64,000 nucleotides of DNA, taken from Eledone cirrhosa. Taxonomy: Eukaryota. Every line of letters begins with the position of its first letter. The stretch's first letter is position 1. Shown here piece after piece: positions 61,962 to 64,000 of the stretch. A model generated the notes under the pieces. The model did no database searches. It saw only the letters and a list, made by a program, of their open reading frames with translations, and was not told the origin of the DNA. The translations under genes and the position numbers were made by a program. The stretch is taken from assembly GCA_964016885.1 (NCBI GenBank), contig OZ024740.1, positions 109,740,001 to 109,804,000 of the forward strand, in the 5' to 3' direction.

Positions 61962-62161
61962 CATGGAACTCCTTTAACCATCTTTTGATCTTATATATAT
62001 ATATATATATATATATTAAAGAGTTAAACAAGATTCAATGAGCATATCAAAGAATGAGTTTTACAGTAGATTGGAAGCACTCTACAGTAAAAATAATTTT
62101 CCAGAGTTATTAATATTAAAATACAAATATTAATAAAATAGATGTTCTTTTGATCAATTAA

Positions 62162-62214
62162 ATTTTATTATACATATTTCGGAGGTACAACAGTACGTCC
62201 TCATCAGACAAAAT
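62162..62214 (-). ncRNA. Type I hammerhead ribozyme
   Basis: attttgt-CTGATGA-ggacgtac tgtt gtacctcc-GAAAT-atgt-ATA-ataaaat. The mirror copy at 63722-63762 stops just after GAAATAT. Confidence 0.78.
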
Positions 62215-62896
62215 ATAATGATACATGACATACCCTGAGATGTTAAATGGTTAAGATTTAATCAAGGTAGAAAAATTCAACATTTATAAGAGAAAATTCA
62301 ACATTTATACCCTAAAAATGAGAAAATGCGAAAACGTAATAAATTCAATAGAGAATGTGTGAGTAAGAAAAACGTTGGTTAATGTGACAGCTATAGAGAT
62401 TCTAAAATGTAGGATACTACAAGTTATGTTTATCGAGGAAAACATCTCATGAATTATAACTGTCCATGGGGGCCGCTGAAAGAGGATTTAAAGAGAGGGA
62501 AAGATAAAGGGGAGTAATATATGCAGAAAGAGATTTTTTCCCAAAAGCTAAACGGTTAAGTTTCAAAATATTTAATTTATGTTATTTTAAGGGTGAAGAA
62601 TCAAGTATTTTAGTTTTTTTTAAAAGTTGCTGGTTATTTATATTTATTAATTTTATAAATTCTATAAGTGTGTTAACATTTCTAAACTTCAGAATTTTAT
62701 GAGGAAAAAATTTAAAGGATTTACCTGGCCAGCGAAAGGAAAATTTACACTGTTGAATATTTTCCTAAATGTAAACTTTAACGAAGATTACCTATAAAAA
62801 TGTCAACATTTTCGGTATGTAAAGCTTATGAAGTACTTATTGTTAGAAATATTTAAATAACAATTATGTATATAGAGATATATTAATGAGCCAGTA

Positions 62897-63049
62897 TATT
62901 TTAGTGTTTAATTTAGCAATGTTTGGGGCCATGTTCATAGTTGTAGAATACGAGAATTTAATGGTGTATCTATTAAAAATGGAATGGTATTTATGTTGAG
63001 CAGGAAAAGAGGTGTCCAAAGCATTAAAGAATAATTTTGCAATTGGTGT
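62897..63049 (-). pseudogene. PLE RT-endonuclease linker remnant
   Basis: TPIAKLFFNALDTSFPAQHKYHSIFNRYTIKFSYSTTMNMAPNIAKLNTKI matches the FP..H....IFNR.T.K.SYS...N segment of invertebrate PLE ORFs. It is below the ORF-track size cutoff. Confidence 0.8.
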
Positions 63050-63761
63050 TCTAACTGTGATCTATTATTTTATATTCGTTATCATTTACCTAAAATATAC
63101 TGGCTCATTAATATATCTCTATATACATAATTGTTATTTAAATATTTCTAACAATAAGTACTTCATAAGCTTTACATATTCAACAGTGTAAATTTTCCTT
63201 TCGCTGGCCAGGTAAATCCTTTAAATTTTTTCCTCATAAAATTCTGAAGTTTAGAAATGTTAACACACTTATAGAATTTATAAAATTAATAAATATAAAT
63301 AACCAGCAACTTTTAAAAAAAACTAAAATCTTGATTCTTCACCCTTAAAATAACATAAATTAAATATTTTGAAACTTAACCATTTAGCTTTTGGGAAAAA
63401 AATCTCTTTCTGCATATATTACTCCCCTTTATCTTTCCCTCTCTTTAAATCCTCTTTCAGCGGCCCCCATGGACAGTTATAATTCATGAGATTTTTTCCT
63501 CGATAAACATAACTTGTAGTATCCTACATTTTAGAATCTCTATAGCTGTCACATTAACCAACGTTTTTCTTACTCACACATTCTCTATTGAATTTATTAC
63601 GTTTTCGCATTTTCTCATTTTTAGGGTATAAATGTTGAATTTTCTCTTATAAATGTTGAATTTTTCTACCTTGATTAAATCTTAACCATTTAATATCTCA
63701 GGGTATGTCATGTATCATTATATTTTGTCTGATGAGGACGTACTGTTGTATCTCCGAAATA

Positions 63762-63831
<70 letters not shown>

Positions 63832-64000
63832 CCATTTGTTGTGTTTCATCCAATTCCTTGGGAGAGTCAAGTGTTAATGAAGCCTTACCTTCATCATATA
63901 TTTTACACCACTTTTAATGCAAGCTGGTAACATATTTCAGTTGCAATACCTGGCAGAATGAGTTGGGTTTTGAACTCAAAATGTCCACAGATGGATCAGA

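Larger units (their letters stand above)
60214..61995. mobile_element. Large fold-back PLE-like insertion with hammerheads at both outer ends
   Basis: About 400-bp arms at 60305-60725 and 61592-61995, plus an extra partial arm at 61384-61580 and a scrambled repetitive spacer. (TA)n flanks. Confidence 0.85.
62016..63765. mobile_element. Large fold-back Penelope-like element
   Basis: About 700-bp arms at 62174-62904 and 63090-63762, with one ~58-bp indel. The left arm extends to ~62016. PLE peptide in the spacer. (TA)n flanks. Confidence 0.88.

Noticed and set aside
60305-63762. Large palindromes as assembly artefacts or Foldback/Galileo DNA transposons
   Set aside because: The arms differ by substitutions and indels, are of unequal length, and contain hammerheads and a PLE peptide rather than transposase.

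Overview
AT-rich eukaryotic intergenic or intronic DNA, saturated with (TA)n, (CA)n and (ATC)n microsatellites and transposable elements. The repeat content looks octopus/cephalopod-like, but that is an inference. I cannot support any host protein-coding exon, tRNA/rRNA gene or CRISPR array. Recognisable elements: three RTE-clade LINE families, each with a PHD-type finger inserted just after the RT core (one copy is full-length apart from a 1-nt frameshift; another has a second family nested inside it); a Tx1/L1-clade LINE; an RTE-X-like copy with a twin-priming inversion; CR1 remnants; a decayed mariner; two Helitron-like elements; and two tRNA-derived SINE families. The signal the ORF track misses is a set of seven asymmetric fold-back (inverted-repeat) insertions sitting in (TA)n tracts, plus several single-arm relatives. 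Many carry type I hammerhead ribozyme motifs with a palindromic helix III, some with a very long helix II or an altered core, and two carry Penelope-like (PLE) coding remnants. All coordinates were read by eye and may be off by a few nt.
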